A stretch of DNA of 64,000 nucleotides from Chloropicon primus (Eukaryota): positions 930,001-994,000 of the forward strand of contig CP060757.1 of the NCBI GenBank assembly GCA_023205875.1. The letters run 5' to 3'. Shown here piece after piece: positions 21,477 through 31,901 of this stretch. The translations under genes and the position numbers were made by a program. Every line of letters starts with the position of its first letter. The stretch's first letter is position 1. The notes below the pieces were generated by a model. That model was not told where the DNA came from. It did not search any database and was given only the letters and a program-made list of their open reading frames with translations.

Positions 21477-22784
21477 ATGTACGTGGAACCCATCACACCG
21501 CTGGGCAGGAGGCCGATACACGTGCTCTCCAAGACGGGAGAGTCGCTACCGATGATGTCCCCCTACGCGCTGGCGACTCCCCAGCAGAACGCTTTCAGTG
21601 AGATGGCCAGCTCGACGCTTCTTACGCCGTTCAAGAAGAAGAAGTACGCGTACTACAGCCCGAGCCACCCGAGGTTCGAGGAGACGGAGAAGAGCACGGT
21701 GCCCAAAACCATTGAGGAGGAGGAGCTTGCGGAGACACCCGTGATTGAAGTCCGGCGGAGGGCCGTCCAGAAGCTGGACATGAAGAAGGCCGTGTCCGTG
21801 CAGAACAAGCTGCTCCAGAACGAGCAGTACAAGACCGAGATGCAAACGAAGCTGCGATTGCAGCTGAGGAAGCAGGAGATGGACCGCCAGAGGAAGTTCA
21901 AGTCGAACTACACCTCTTACAGCACGAGCTTTGCCCGGTCGTCCAACACGTCCTCGATGTCCTACAACAGGAACAAGCCGAGGAACACGGTGAGGGTGAT
22001 CAGGCGGCTGAGGGAGGAGAGAAAGGTGGACAACAGGAACCTCACCCAGGGGATGAGGAAGGAGCTCGCCACGAATCTCGAGCACGCCAAGGAGCAGCTG
22101 AAAGAGTCCAAGCTGAAGACCGCGGAAGTGCAGAGGAAGAACGATATGGAGAACGAGCACTTTGTCTCCGAGGCGAGAATCAAGAGCCAGGAGGATGTCA
22201 CCAACACGGTGCAGGGCCAGAAGATGGTGCACGACGTCCTGAGCTCCTTGGTGCGGTCGGACATGATGTTCGCCAAGCGGTTTCAGAACATGAACAACAT
22301 GCACTTCTCCCAGGTCAAGCAGCAGAGGCAGAAGATGCAAAACAAGGAATACGTCAGGAACAACAAGGAGAGGGTGCAGGTGCAGAACTCCCGGAGCAAG
22401 GCGGGCCACGAAAGGGCACAGGCCGTGATGAGCTCGAGGATGAACAAGCTGAAGAAGGAGACCGAGAGGCAGCACGAGGCCATGAACGCAACGCTCGCGA
22501 ACAGGAAGGAGATCTTGAGGCGGCGGGACCTTGCCCTGAAGGCCAGGATCAAGCACGATTTCGACCTCCACCAGTGCCTCAACCCTGACGCGTTCGTGAC
22601 GACCACGGAGACGGACAAGGAGAAGAGAATTCCTTGGGCAGGGGCAACTTCGAGAAGGATAGACATCTTCAACGACCAGGCGAACAAGAAGCTTCTGCCA
22701 CTGACGCAAGTCGTCTCCGCCAAGGAAGTGATAGAGGACCCTGACTTTTACGACGAGGAGATGAGCGAGATGAGCGAGTTGTGA
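21477..22784 (+). CDS. Long coiled-coil protein of unknown function
   Basis: 435-aa ORF with strong GC3 coding bias and K/E/Q/R-rich heptad composition; TGTAA at 22819. Confidence 0.7.
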   Translation: MYVEPITPLGRRPIHVLSKTGESLPMMSPYALATPQQNAFSEMASSTLLTPFKKKKYAYYSPSHPRFEETEKSTVPKTIEEEELAETPVIEVRRRAVQKLDMKKAVSVQNKLLQNEQYKTEMQTKLRLQLRKQEMDRQRKFKSNYTSYSTSFARSSNTSSMSYNRNKPRNTVRVIRRLREERKVDNRNLTQGMRKELATNLEHAKEQLKESKLKTAEVQRKNDMENEHFVSEARIKSQEDVTNTVQGQKMVHDVLSSLVRSDMMFAKRFQNMNNMHFSQVKQQRQKMQNKEYVRNNKERVQVQNSRSKAGHERAQAVMSSRMNKLKKETERQHEAMNATLANRKEILRRRDLALKARIKHDFDLHQCLNPDAFVTTTETDKEKRIPWAGATSRRIDIFNDQANKKLLPLTQVVSAKEVIEDPDFYDEEMSEMSEL

Positions 22785-23222
22785 CCAGTGAGCACTGATC
22801 ATGCTCCCGTCCCATTTTTGTAACATGGAGGATTGCAGATCCACAGCGAATCGTCACCCGAAAGTCGTCAAGTGGTTCCAGGAGAATTCTTAACAACACA
22901 GATGAATCGCCTGTCACAGTGTATTGCGTCCTCTTCCTGTTCTCGCTCAAGCAGGCCCCGCCCTCCCCTCTCTCTCCCCTCTTCTGACTCCCGCGCAAAA
23001 AAAATCGTCAGGCTTGGTTGCCTACTACGAAGGGCGTTGACGACGACGACGACGACGAAAAAAATGGCACGATCTGCCGACTCGAGTGCTTGACGATGAT
23101 CGTCAGGTTCTTCGTCCCAACCTAACGCTTCTTGATCTCGCCCATCTTGCCTGCCCGGCAAGAATTTTCAAATTTTGGTGAGCAAGCGAGACGAGAGAGG
23201 GACGAGCGGGACAAAGGGAAAG

Positions 23223-24670
23223 ATGACCGACGGGGGAGCGTTCTGGGAGCCAACCCAGAGTATACTCCAGGGGGGCGAGAATGTGCTCGTCAGAAAGCCG
23301 AAGCTCACGGAAAACCTTCTAAAGAAGCCGCCTTTTCGCTTCCTGCACGACGTGATTAGCGAGGTGATCCGGAGCACCGGGTTCGCCAAGGACCTTTACG
23401 ACGAGCACGAGAGCAACTCGAAGAACGTGAAGGACAAGGAGAGCAAGGTCGCTTACCTGAACAAGATCATAGATTATGTCTCGGAGGCTTCCGGAACGCG
23501 GGTGCCGGTGAGACCCCTCAAAGTGGTGGCGGGCTTGGAGCCGGAGCTCACGAACCAGTTCCTCCAGGTCTTGGGCAGGGTGGCCTCCTCGGGCAAGGCG
23601 GGCGAAGAAGATGTGACCAAGGAGAAGGAGAACAAGGAGCCCGCCGCGGAGAAGGCCGCAGAGGAAGAGAAGCAGGCCCCTGTCGAGGCGGCCCCGCCGA
23701 AGGAGGAGGAGAAGAAGAGGAAGGTCATGCCACGGCCCGAGTTCGTGCAGCAGGAGGAAAAGACCGAGGGGCCACCCAAGCCGTCGGCTTCCGAGGGAGC
23801 GAGGCCCGAGCAGGCTTCGCTCCCCCCGAGGACGCTCCAGAGGCCCATGAGCGCGAGGAAGGCGCCGCCCAAAGTCAAGTCGAACGTGGAAGACGACTCC
23901 AAGGTGTCCATCATGAGCTCCATGACGTCGGGAGACGACGGGAGGTCGTCGAAGCCCAACCAGGTGGGTACCAAAGGCATCCTGCGGGATGGAGAGAGCG
24001 ACGACGAGGACGACGACGAGGCGACAGAGATCATCATGGGCACGGACGCCGGTCCTGCCAACTTCAATATGCTTGATGCCCCGCAAGGCGGAAAGCTTGT
24101 TAGGGACATCGTAGAGACGGCACAGAACATCCAGAACCTTGACGACGAGAGGAACAGGGCTCAGGGAGCGGATGGAGGCGCGAAGCCCACAGGAATCATT
24201 CTCGGAAGGAGGAGGAGCGTTGCCGCGGAAGCCAGCGCCAAGCCAGTCGAGAAGATGGAAGACATGGAGAAGGTGAGGGGCGCCATTCAGAAGCTCTGCC
24301 AGTCCACAAACCCGTTGGTGACTTCGGTGGAGAACCTCCAGGAAGACGTGGAGCAGATGCTGCGAGAGGCAAAGTACTGGGGGCAGGAGCAGAAGATTTA
24401 TAAGCAGAAGCTCAACGAGGCGAACCAGATGCAGAACGACTTTAACGAGTACAGATATAAGATCCAAGACTTGGAGGAGGAGGTAAGAGACCCCTAGCCG
24501 GTGTTTCCGCACGAGTAGTGCGGATGGTTGACTGACTTTCGACTCGTTTTGCTCCTGGACTGCAGATACAAATTATGCAGTCAAAGATCACGAACATCAA
24601 GGCTCAGATCCTGAGCAACGACAAGAGGTGCATAGACATGCTGAACCTCGCAGTCGGAGGGGTTTTGTGA
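23223..24670 (+). CDS. IFT54: Intraflagellar transport protein 54 (TRAF3IP1/MIP-T3); 2 exons (23223-24482, 24566-24670)
   Basis: KPKLTENLLKKPPFRFLHDVISEV...VVAGLEPELTNQFLQ CH-like domain, RPMSARKAPP, GKLVRDI, IQKLCQSTNPL coiled coil, exon 2 IKAQILSND. Confidence 0.93.
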
Positions 24671-24721
24671 ACTTCTTCTGAGACTAAGCTTGTACTAATA
24701 CATTATCACAAACGAATCGAG

Positions 24722-26137
24722 TTAATTCCAAAAGGTGTAGGAGGAAACCTTCATGAACTTCTTCTTGCCTTCAAGCTCCCTCATCACGGAATGGAAGGCG
24801 TCGCCTGGCTTCGAGGGCTTCTGCCACGCGACCATTCGCCAGACTTTCTCGATTTCCGCCCTCTTCTCCTCGATCGCACTCTGGGGGATCGACCTGAGAA
24901 TCTCGAGTGTCTTGTTCACGTCAGACTCCGCGATCTTCACCGAGAGTTTCTTCCAGTCAAGGCTGTTCTCGTACGGGAACTCGATCTCATCTGCCATGAC
25001 GACTGGAATGCACCCGACCATCATCGCTTGGTAGGCTCTCAGGGTCCAGGGGGACCAGCCCCTCGGGCACAAGCAAAATGTGGATCGCCTCATCATCCTC
25101 TTGTAGCACTTCCTGTTGCAGTCTGGCGTCTGCTCCGCGAAAACGATGTCCTTCTCCCCCTTCAGGAGATTCTCAAGGACGATCCTCAACCCCCTTGAGT
25201 ACGACTTGCCACCCCTGTTGTGTATTGTCCCCTTGAAGAAGGCAAAGATGTCCCGATCCATCTCCTCCTTCTTTAGTTTGCCGCTCCAGAACTCCTCGTC
25301 GGCCTCTAGCCCCGGGATCACGACGTCCTTCCACGTGTTGAACTGCTCGCTCAGGGACCTGTCTCCCTCCGGGGTCAGGAAGATACTCTTCTTTATGTTT
25401 CTCTTCCAGTCCTTGAAGATGTGAGGGCCCCTCGCCCCGGGGAACGTCCAAATGTGGTCCCTTCCTTGAGTCCGATTCCAGTAAGGCGTGTCCTTCACGA
25501 CGATCCCGAGGGCTTTCCTGAACCACCGGTTTGTGTTTGACATGGCGTCCCTCCCGCTCTTCTGGTTCTCCCTGAACAGGTAACACTCGCCGTAGATTGG
25601 GATGTAGAAGAAATCCGCTTCCTCCGGGTCAAGCGTTCTGAGGGGGCTCTTGAGGAGCTCCTCGTGGATTCTGATTTCAGTCCCGTACTGGTCGCTCACG
25701 CACCGCTTCTGGTCACGCTTCAAGTCACTGTGGAACTCCTTGGGGAGGTCATAAATATATACCTTGAAGGTGAAGCCCGTCTTGGGATCCACCTCATTGC
25801 TTTGGCAGGGAGTGCAGTCGTGGCACTTGGGGCAGCTTGGCTCGTGGCACTTCGGGCAAGACGGGCACGTGGGGCTGTTGCAAGGCGGGCAGTCCTTTCC
25901 CCCGGCGGCCTGGGTCGCTCTCCGAGTCACCTCGCTGATCTCTTTCGCAGACTCCTTCCTCACCTTTTCACTGTACTCCTCCCAGCTTATCCGGGCAGAA
26001 CGCTCCTTTTCCGCGACTTCTTCCAGGTGCTGCCAGTACTTGACGTCCTGGTGCAAGTGTATCGACAGGACGAGGAGCAGCGCAACCACTGCCGTGAGAA
26101 GGCACAAGGTCATTAACTTCCAGTTGTCCCCACCCAT
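24722..26137 (-). CDS. Exostosin family glycosyltransferase (GT47), type II membrane
   Basis: N-terminal TM anchor, KVYIYDLP, RTLDPEEADFFYIP, PYWNRTQGRDH, STFCLCPRG, GCIPV. Confidence 0.92.
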   Translation of the reverse strand: MGGDNWKLMTLCLLTAVVALLLVLSIHLHQDVKYWQHLEEVAEKERSARISWEEYSEKVRKESAKEISEVTRRATQAAGGKDCPPCNSPTCPSCPKCHEPSCPKCHDCTPCQSNEVDPKTGFTFKVYIYDLPKEFHSDLKRDQKRCVSDQYGTEIRIHEELLKSPLRTLDPEEADFFYIPIYGECYLFRENQKSGRDAMSNTNRWFRKALGIVVKDTPYWNRTQGRDHIWTFPGARGPHIFKDWKRNIKKSIFLTPEGDRSLSEQFNTWKDVVIPGLEADEEFWSGKLKKEEMDRDIFAFFKGTIHNRGGKSYSRGLRIVLENLLKGEKDIVFAEQTPDCNRKCYKRMMRRSTFCLCPRGWSPWTLRAYQAMMVGCIPVVMADEIEFPYENSLDWKKLSVKIAESDVNKTLEILRSIPQSAIEEKRAEIEKVWRMVAWQKPSKPGDAFHSVMRELEGKKKFMKVSSYTFWN

Positions 26138-26478
26138 CTTTGGCCAAGGAGTGACGCCTAACTAAGGCGGTGCACCTAAAACTCAAGTATCGCAATACAA
26201 GTGCGAGAATTCCCCACGAACAAGCCTTTTCTCGACTTCTCCTCCAGGGCGAGGTCCTTCCGGGCGCTCTCAGTCCTCCCAGGAAAAGCCCGCCATCTCT
26301 CGTATTCGTATGATGATTAAGGGAGAGACAGCCAGAGCCTCAGATCTCATCGCATGAATGCCCATGGGGGTGGCAGGAGGAGGAGGCCAAGCGAAGGGAG
26401 AGCGCGGTCCTTGGGTAAAAAATAATATTAACAGGAATAATGAAAGGACTCTGGCGCGCGTCCTTGCAAGATTGGGTG

Positions 26479-28512
26479 TCACTTGACGCCGTAGCCCTTC
26501 TTGAGAGAGGCGAGGTCGATATCCTCCCCGCCCGCAGAGGGGGAGGCTTCGGAGAGCCTGGTGAAGAGCTCGCCGAGGCAAACCTTTTGCTTGGAGCTAA
26601 GCATCTTGCTTGTGATGCTGAATCGGTCCGCTTGAGTGAAGGAGGCCAGGACGGTGTGGCAGAAGGTGAACGCTTCGCCCCCCTGGTCAAAGCCTGCGAG
26701 CAGGCCCTCTATGGTGCTGCCGAGGATCTCTGACGTGAAAGCATTCTTGAAGAGCACAGCAAATTTCTCCGGGGGGATCTGGTAGATGTACTTGGCGAGC
26801 TCGGCAGGGTTCTTCCTGATGAATCTAACGTTCGTCTCGAATTCGGTCGACGAATTCGGAACGGGAAGCTGCTGCTTCTGCTGCTGCTCCAGAGTCCTTT
26901 CCAGAGCTTCTTGGATGGACTTTGCTGGGGACTTTGCTGGGGACGCCTTCGCCGGTTTGGGATGCGTTGGCTTCGCCCCGCCCTTGCTGTCCTCGATCGA
27001 GAGGTCTCCCTCAATCTTTTGCCTCAGGATATGAATCTGTTTCACGATGTCGTCCCTGTTCGGAAGCTTGCCCTTAACCTTCTCGTAGTCAGACAGCGCC
27101 TCCTTTATCCGCCCAGCTTCCTTGAACGCCACCGCTCTCCGGTAGGTCGCCTTGATGTTCTTGCTGTCCAGGCGGAGGGCCTTCGTGCAGTCCGAGATCG
27201 CGGAGTTCTGATGCCCCAGCTTCAGGTGCACCTGGGCTCGATTCGAGTAAACCAAGGAGCACTCCTTGCGCTTTATGCTTTCGGTGTACCAGTGCAAGGC
27301 CGCGTTGAGGTCTCCGGAGGCGTAGGCTTTGTTCCCCTTCACTTTGAGCTCGTTCGCTAACGCGTTCTCGTCCACAGAAGGAGATTCTGCCGCAGGACCC
27401 TGAGCCGAGGGACTTTCCCCCCTGCCCCCGTCTTGCCCGACCACGCCCGCCTCTTCCTCCCCGTCCGAGGACTCATCCTCAGAAGAGTCGCTGCAGATCT
27501 CGATCTCGATCTTGGTGCGGCTCTGGGTCTTGGCGGCGGCGGGCTCGCTCCGTTGCACCTCCTTCACCGCTGGAGGCTCGTCGACGATCTCCTCGATCTT
27601 GCCGATGTCTTCCTCCTTGGGTTCTTCGTCGGTGATCTCGACGATCTTGCCGATCTCGTCCTCGTCGATCTCCTCGGCTTCGGCCTCCTCCGAGTCCTCC
27701 GAGTCCGAGACCTCCTCGATCTGGACCTTGGTCACCGTCTGCGGCATCTTTCGTAGCACCCTGTCTCTCATCTTCTCAAGCTCCTTGTTCCCCGGGGCGA
27801 GCCCGAGCGCGGCCTGGATGTCGTCGTAAGCCTCCTCGTACTGCATGAGCTCCATGCGAGCAACCGCCCTTCGCATGAGAACCTTGACGTACTTTGGGTC
27901 TTGCTCCAGGGCTTGGGTGCAGTCCTCGATCGCGCTGTCGTACAGCTTGAGCTTGAGCTTCGCCGCCGCGCGGTTCGCCAGCGTCGCGGCCTTGGGGAGG
28001 AGGTCGATGGACTTGTCGTAAGCCTCGACGCACTCCTTGTACTCTCCCGACTTGAAGAGCTCGTTTCCCTTCTCCTTCTCCCTCTCCGCCATCCACTCCA
28101 CCTCGCTCGCATCAAGACTCTCCTCCACGACCTCCTTGATGTTGTTGGAGCTGCCCTGGGTCACCCCGTCCCGCACGGCGGGGACCTCCTGGTGCGAAGT
28201 CTTGCCCTGCTTACTCGTCTTCAGAGCCCCGAGCTCCGCCTTCCAGGACGTCAGCTCCTCCCTCGCCCTGTTGAGCTCCTCCTCGGCCTCCCTCCTGGCG
28301 AGCTCCTCGTCGTCAGCGAAGGTCCGCGACCCCATCTCGTGCAGCCGAACTCTGGCGGCATCCGCCGTGCTGGGGAAGCCCTCGTCCCTCATGTACTGCT
28401 CGAGCCTGCGAAGCTTCTGGACGTCATCTATCTCCTGTATCTGATCGAAGGTCACCTGGTCGAACTCCTTCTTCTCCTCCAGGCTCGCTGGACCCCTGTG
28501 CTCCACCTTCAT
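26479..28512 (-). CDS. RPAP3/SPAG1-like co-chaperone (two TPR clamps + RPAP3_C domain)
   Basis: Two carboxylate-clamp TPR domains (KEKGNELFK...NRAAA.LKL; KVKGNKAY...SNRAQ.HLKL) and C-terminal PVPNSSTEFE...YIYQIPPEKFAVLFK...RF.I. Confidence 0.8.
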   Translation of the reverse strand: MKVEHRGPASLEEKKEFDQVTFDQIQEIDDVQKLRRLEQYMRDEGFPSTADAARVRLHEMGSRTFADDEELARREAEEELNRAREELTSWKAELGALKTSKQGKTSHQEVPAVRDGVTQGSSNNIKEVVEESLDASEVEWMAEREKEKGNELFKSGEYKECVEAYDKSIDLLPKAATLANRAAAKLKLKLYDSAIEDCTQALEQDPKYVKVLMRRAVARMELMQYEEAYDDIQAALGLAPGNKELEKMRDRVLRKMPQTVTKVQIEEVSDSEDSEEAEAEEIDEDEIGKIVEITDEEPKEEDIGKIEEIVDEPPAVKEVQRSEPAAAKTQSRTKIEIEICSDSSEDESSDGEEEAGVVGQDGGRGESPSAQGPAAESPSVDENALANELKVKGNKAYASGDLNAALHWYTESIKRKECSLVYSNRAQVHLKLGHQNSAISDCTKALRLDSKNIKATYRRAVAFKEAGRIKEALSDYEKVKGKLPNRDDIVKQIHILRQKIEGDLSIEDSKGGAKPTHPKPAKASPAKSPAKSIQEALERTLEQQQKQQLPVPNSSTEFETNVRFIRKNPAELAKYIYQIPPEKFAVLFKNAFTSEILGSTIEGLLAGFDQGGEAFTFCHTVLASFTQADRFSITSKMLSSKQKVCLGELFTRLSEASPSAGGEDIDLASLKKGYGVK

Positions 28513-28836
28513 CCTTCCAATAAACCCTTCTCTCCTGACCCGCGCCACGCACACTCACACACAAGCAAAGCGCGTACCCCAACAGTCGTCCCTCCCTCCG
28601 TGTATGCACTTCCCCTCGTTGCTCCTCGTCCCGCTCCAACTCCAAGGTCTGTCTCGTTTGAATCCTCCCGCTATACGATTTACTTCTGGTACAACCTAAA
28701 ACCTAAACCAAAGCTTTCCGTTTCAGCCAGACGGAGGACGGGCGAGGACGGGCGAGGACGGGAGTTTGTGTTGTTGTTGTTGTGTGTGTGTGAGAGAGAG
28801 AGAGTGCCGTAGGGGAGAGGGAGAAGGTGAGGGAGG

Positions 28837-30858
28837 ATGACGGTGATGGAGGAGGGACCGAGCTCGAGTGGGGGCGCGATATACGTGCCGCACGAGAGCT
28901 TCGTGCGAAAGCGGGCCGAGGAGGCCGTGGGGGAGCTGAAGGAGGGCGTTGAGCCGGCGAAGAAGAAGAGCACGTTGAGAGCGCTAAGGAACGAGATCAT
29001 CGGGGACCGGACGAAGAAGTTCACCTTCGTGAAGGAGGGCGCGGTGCAGGCCGTGTCGAAGATCCTGAGGGACGCCCTGGCGAAGCCGGCTGGGTTCGAC
29101 GCGACGACGACAGATCTGGTGATACAATCTGCGGCGACGTTGGGGAGCTTCTCGTGCGGCCTGGAGCTCGGAGCGGAGGCCGTGATAGAGAGCGGGGCGG
29201 TGACGGACCTGACGCAGCTGCTGGGGAGCTCCGACACCCGCCTCGTCACGGCTGCGGCGCGGGCGCTGAGGCTCCTGTTCCAGTCGTCGAGGGCCAGCAC
29301 GCTCGCCCCGCTCTCCGACTCGGCGATCCTCCTCCTGATAAAACTGCTGCCGCTCGAGGACGAGCTGACCGCTGGGGTCTCGGCCAGCATCCTGGCCAAG
29401 TGCTGCGAGATCCACGGCCAGCAGGACAGGATCCAGTCCTTCGGCGGGCTCAAGGCGGTCATGAGGTTGCTCCAGTCCAAGCTCAACAAGGTGCAGGAGG
29501 CTGGGATGGAGTGCGTTGCCGCCATGACGAGCGAGAACAAGGAGCTCGCGACGTTCGTGAGCATGGACACGGAGGCCGTCTCGACTCTCCTGAAGCTGAG
29601 CAAGACTGGGAGCTCGAGCACCAAGCTCTTGGCGTGCAGGTGCATCACGAGCATCAGCACTCAGCCCGACGCGCCGGAGGAGATTGAGAAGCTCAGGATG
29701 CACTTGCTTCCGGTCGTGATAAAGCTCCTCAAGCAGGCCTACCACCCCCACGTGCCCCACGTTCTCGCGAGGCTGCTGTACGACAAGCAGAAGCTCCAGA
29801 AGATCGCTTACGATTCGAACGCGGTTTCCATGCTCACGGCTTGGCTTCTGGAGGCGCCCGGGGCGAGCCCGCCTCAGGACCAGAAGTACGTCAAGGAGGG
29901 CCTCCTCACGGCGATTGGCATCATCAGCCTGCACAACGAGGACGCGAGGAGGAGCGTGATCGAGCTGAAGGGCATCCGGACGATCGTGGACGCCTTGAGG
30001 GACGAGGACGAGAGGGTCAGGGCGGCCGCCTGCCTGTGCGCGAAGAGCCTCTCGAGGAGCCGGATGGCGATCAAGAGCAGCCTGTTCGACGCGAAGATCG
30101 ATGGCCCGCTCCTGTCCTTGCTCTCGGACCCCTCGCCCCAAGTCCAGCAGACGGCCTCGGCGACCCTCTGCAACCTCGTGCTGAGCTTCAACCCGATGAA
30201 GGAGAACATCCTGGCGGCCGGCGGGGTGAGGGAGCTCGCCATGCTCTCCAAGAGCATGGACAGCATCCTTCGGCTGCACAGCACGTGGGCGATCAAGAAC
30301 CTCCTGTGCAGGGCCAACAGGCGGATCAAGGAGAGGGTCATGGAGGAGCTCACCTGGCCCCAGCTCCTGACCTTGCTCAACGACTCGGAGCCCGACGTTC
30401 AGATCCAGGCGGTGACCATCGTCAGGAACTTGGTCTTCGGCAAGATGGAGGACATCGAGCCCGTTGTACAGTACAAGAACGGCGAGGTGCTCTCCATCCT
30501 GGAGAGGCTGCTGAGCCCCAGCAGCGGGTCGTCTGCCAAAATCAGGGAGCACGCCATCTACGCGGTCTCCAACATTTGCTCCGGCTCGGACAAGCACAAG
30601 GACATGATCATACAGAGCATGATCTTGAGCTCGGTCTTGCAGTGCCTCCGGGACGAGCAGTCCTCCGAGCTCAGGGTGGCAGCCGCTTGGGTGATCATTA
30701 ACCTGACGTGGAAGGACGCGGACGACGAAGCCTCGGCCAAGGCCAGGATCGAGAGGCTGCGGCAGATGGGCTTCGAGGACCAGCTGGAGTCCATGAAGGA
30801 CGACTCGAGCCTGGACGTCAAGGACAGGGTCGTGGAGGCCTTGCGATCCTTCAAGTGA
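28837..30858 (+). CDS. ARMC8: Armadillo repeat-containing protein 8 (GID/CTLH complex Gid5)
   Basis: LRALRNEIIGDRTKK, QSAATLGSF, VRAAACLCAKSLSRS, ASATLCNLVL.F.PMK; ARM repeats. Confidence 0.88.
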   Translation: MTVMEEGPSSSGGAIYVPHESFVRKRAEEAVGELKEGVEPAKKKSTLRALRNEIIGDRTKKFTFVKEGAVQAVSKILRDALAKPAGFDATTTDLVIQSAATLGSFSCGLELGAEAVIESGAVTDLTQLLGSSDTRLVTAAARALRLLFQSSRASTLAPLSDSAILLLIKLLPLEDELTAGVSASILAKCCEIHGQQDRIQSFGGLKAVMRLLQSKLNKVQEAGMECVAAMTSENKELATFVSMDTEAVSTLLKLSKTGSSSTKLLACRCITSISTQPDAPEEIEKLRMHLLPVVIKLLKQAYHPHVPHVLARLLYDKQKLQKIAYDSNAVSMLTAWLLEAPGASPPQDQKYVKEGLLTAIGIISLHNEDARRSVIELKGIRTIVDALRDEDERVRAAACLCAKSLSRSRMAIKSSLFDAKIDGPLLSLLSDPSPQVQQTASATLCNLVLSFNPMKENILAAGGVRELAMLSKSMDSILRLHSTWAIKNLLCRANRRIKERVMEELTWPQLLTLLNDSEPDVQIQAVTIVRNLVFGKMEDIEPVVQYKNGEVLSILERLLSPSSGSSAKIREHAIYAVSNICSGSDKHKDMIIQSMILSSVLQCLRDEQSSELRVAAAWVIINLTWKDADDEASAKARIERLRQMGFEDQLESMKDDSSLDVKDRVVEALRSFK

Positions 30859-31043
30859 AAAGCATATATAAAAGTATAAATAAAGAAACCAAAATTGTAC
30901 GTGTTTTGAACGAGAACGAGACCGTTTTCTTCTCTAGAGAGAGTGTCGGTTATTGGCCGTTTTTTGTGGGGCGGGCTGAACGTGGGGCGTGCTGGTCGAA
31001 AACGAAAGTTTGGGGGCCCTGGGAGAGAGAGAGGAGAGGGAGA

Positions 31044-31856
31044 ATGGGTTTGGGAGGTCGCGAGATGGTGCCGGCGGGTTCTGAGGACCAAGAGGAGGCC
31101 AAGGTTCGCGAGCTCCGGGAACGGCTGAGGGCTTTGGGGAGGGAGGTCTCTTGCTGCCTGGAGCGATGCGGCTGCCACCCTGAAACCCAGAAGGTGGGAG
31201 AGCTCCTCCCGGAGCTGGAGGAGCTGGAGGGGGATACCCTGAAGCGCTTCTTGGTCGCGCGCAAGTGGAACGTGGCGAAGGCCGAGGCGATGTACGCGAA
31301 CTTCGTGGAGTACAGGCTGCGCGTGCCGGAGGGCTGCATCGAGGAAAAGGACTGTTCCGTCGGATTAAGGCACAGGAAAACGTTTCTGGTGCCGAAGGTC
31401 GATCGGGGGGGCAACTCAGTGTTCATGACGATCATGCGGCGCCACATCGTGTCGGAGTGCCCCCCGGGCGAGCCGTTCAAGTACACCCAGTTCTCCTTCG
31501 ACAAGATCACGCAGCACCTTCGGCGGAGAGGCATCCAGCAAGCCGTGTTCGTCTTCGACTTCTCTGGGTTCGGGTGGGAGAACCTCGACGCCAGCACGGC
31601 CGCTCAGATTCTGAAGCAGGCCCAGGACTACAACCCAGAGCGTTTGCACAAGGCGATCCTCTACAACTGCCCGCTCCTCTTCTGGGTGCTGTGGAAAGTG
31701 ATAACCCCGCTCATGGACGCCAGGATGAGGAGCAAGTTCAAGTTTTGCTACAGTAGCGACGACCTCGAGGAGCACTTTCATATGGAGCACGTCCCCGTCG
31801 GCATGGGCGGCGAGTCCGAGGAAGAGGACTGGGTCCCCATCGAGCGCGTGACTTGA
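31044..31856 (+). CDS. CRAL-TRIO (Sec14-like) lipid-binding protein
   Basis: TLKRFLVARKWNVAKA, VFDFSGF, QDYNPERL...YNCP..F..LWKVITPLMD. Confidence 0.9.
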   Translation: MGLGGREMVPAGSEDQEEAKVRELRERLRALGREVSCCLERCGCHPETQKVGELLPELEELEGDTLKRFLVARKWNVAKAEAMYANFVEYRLRVPEGCIEEKDCSVGLRHRKTFLVPKVDRGGNSVFMTIMRRHIVSECPPGEPFKYTQFSFDKITQHLRRRGIQQAVFVFDFSGFGWENLDASTAAQILKQAQDYNPERLHKAILYNCPLLFWVLWKVITPLMDARMRSKFKFCYSSDDLEEHFHMEHVPVGMGGESEEEDWVPIERVT

Positions 31857-31901
31857 CTTGTCCCGATTCGTTATTTTCCGAGAATATATATTACTGCACA
31901 A

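Noticed and set aside
23016..23030. GTTGCCTA half X-box-like motif upstream of IFT54
   Set aside because: Only a half site; RFX factors are not established in green algae, and similar motifs occur near unrelated genes (~1313, ~59861).
26308..26360. ATGATGA C-box-like motif suggesting a C/D snoRNA
   Set aside because: No suitably placed CTGA D box or terminal stem on the same strand.
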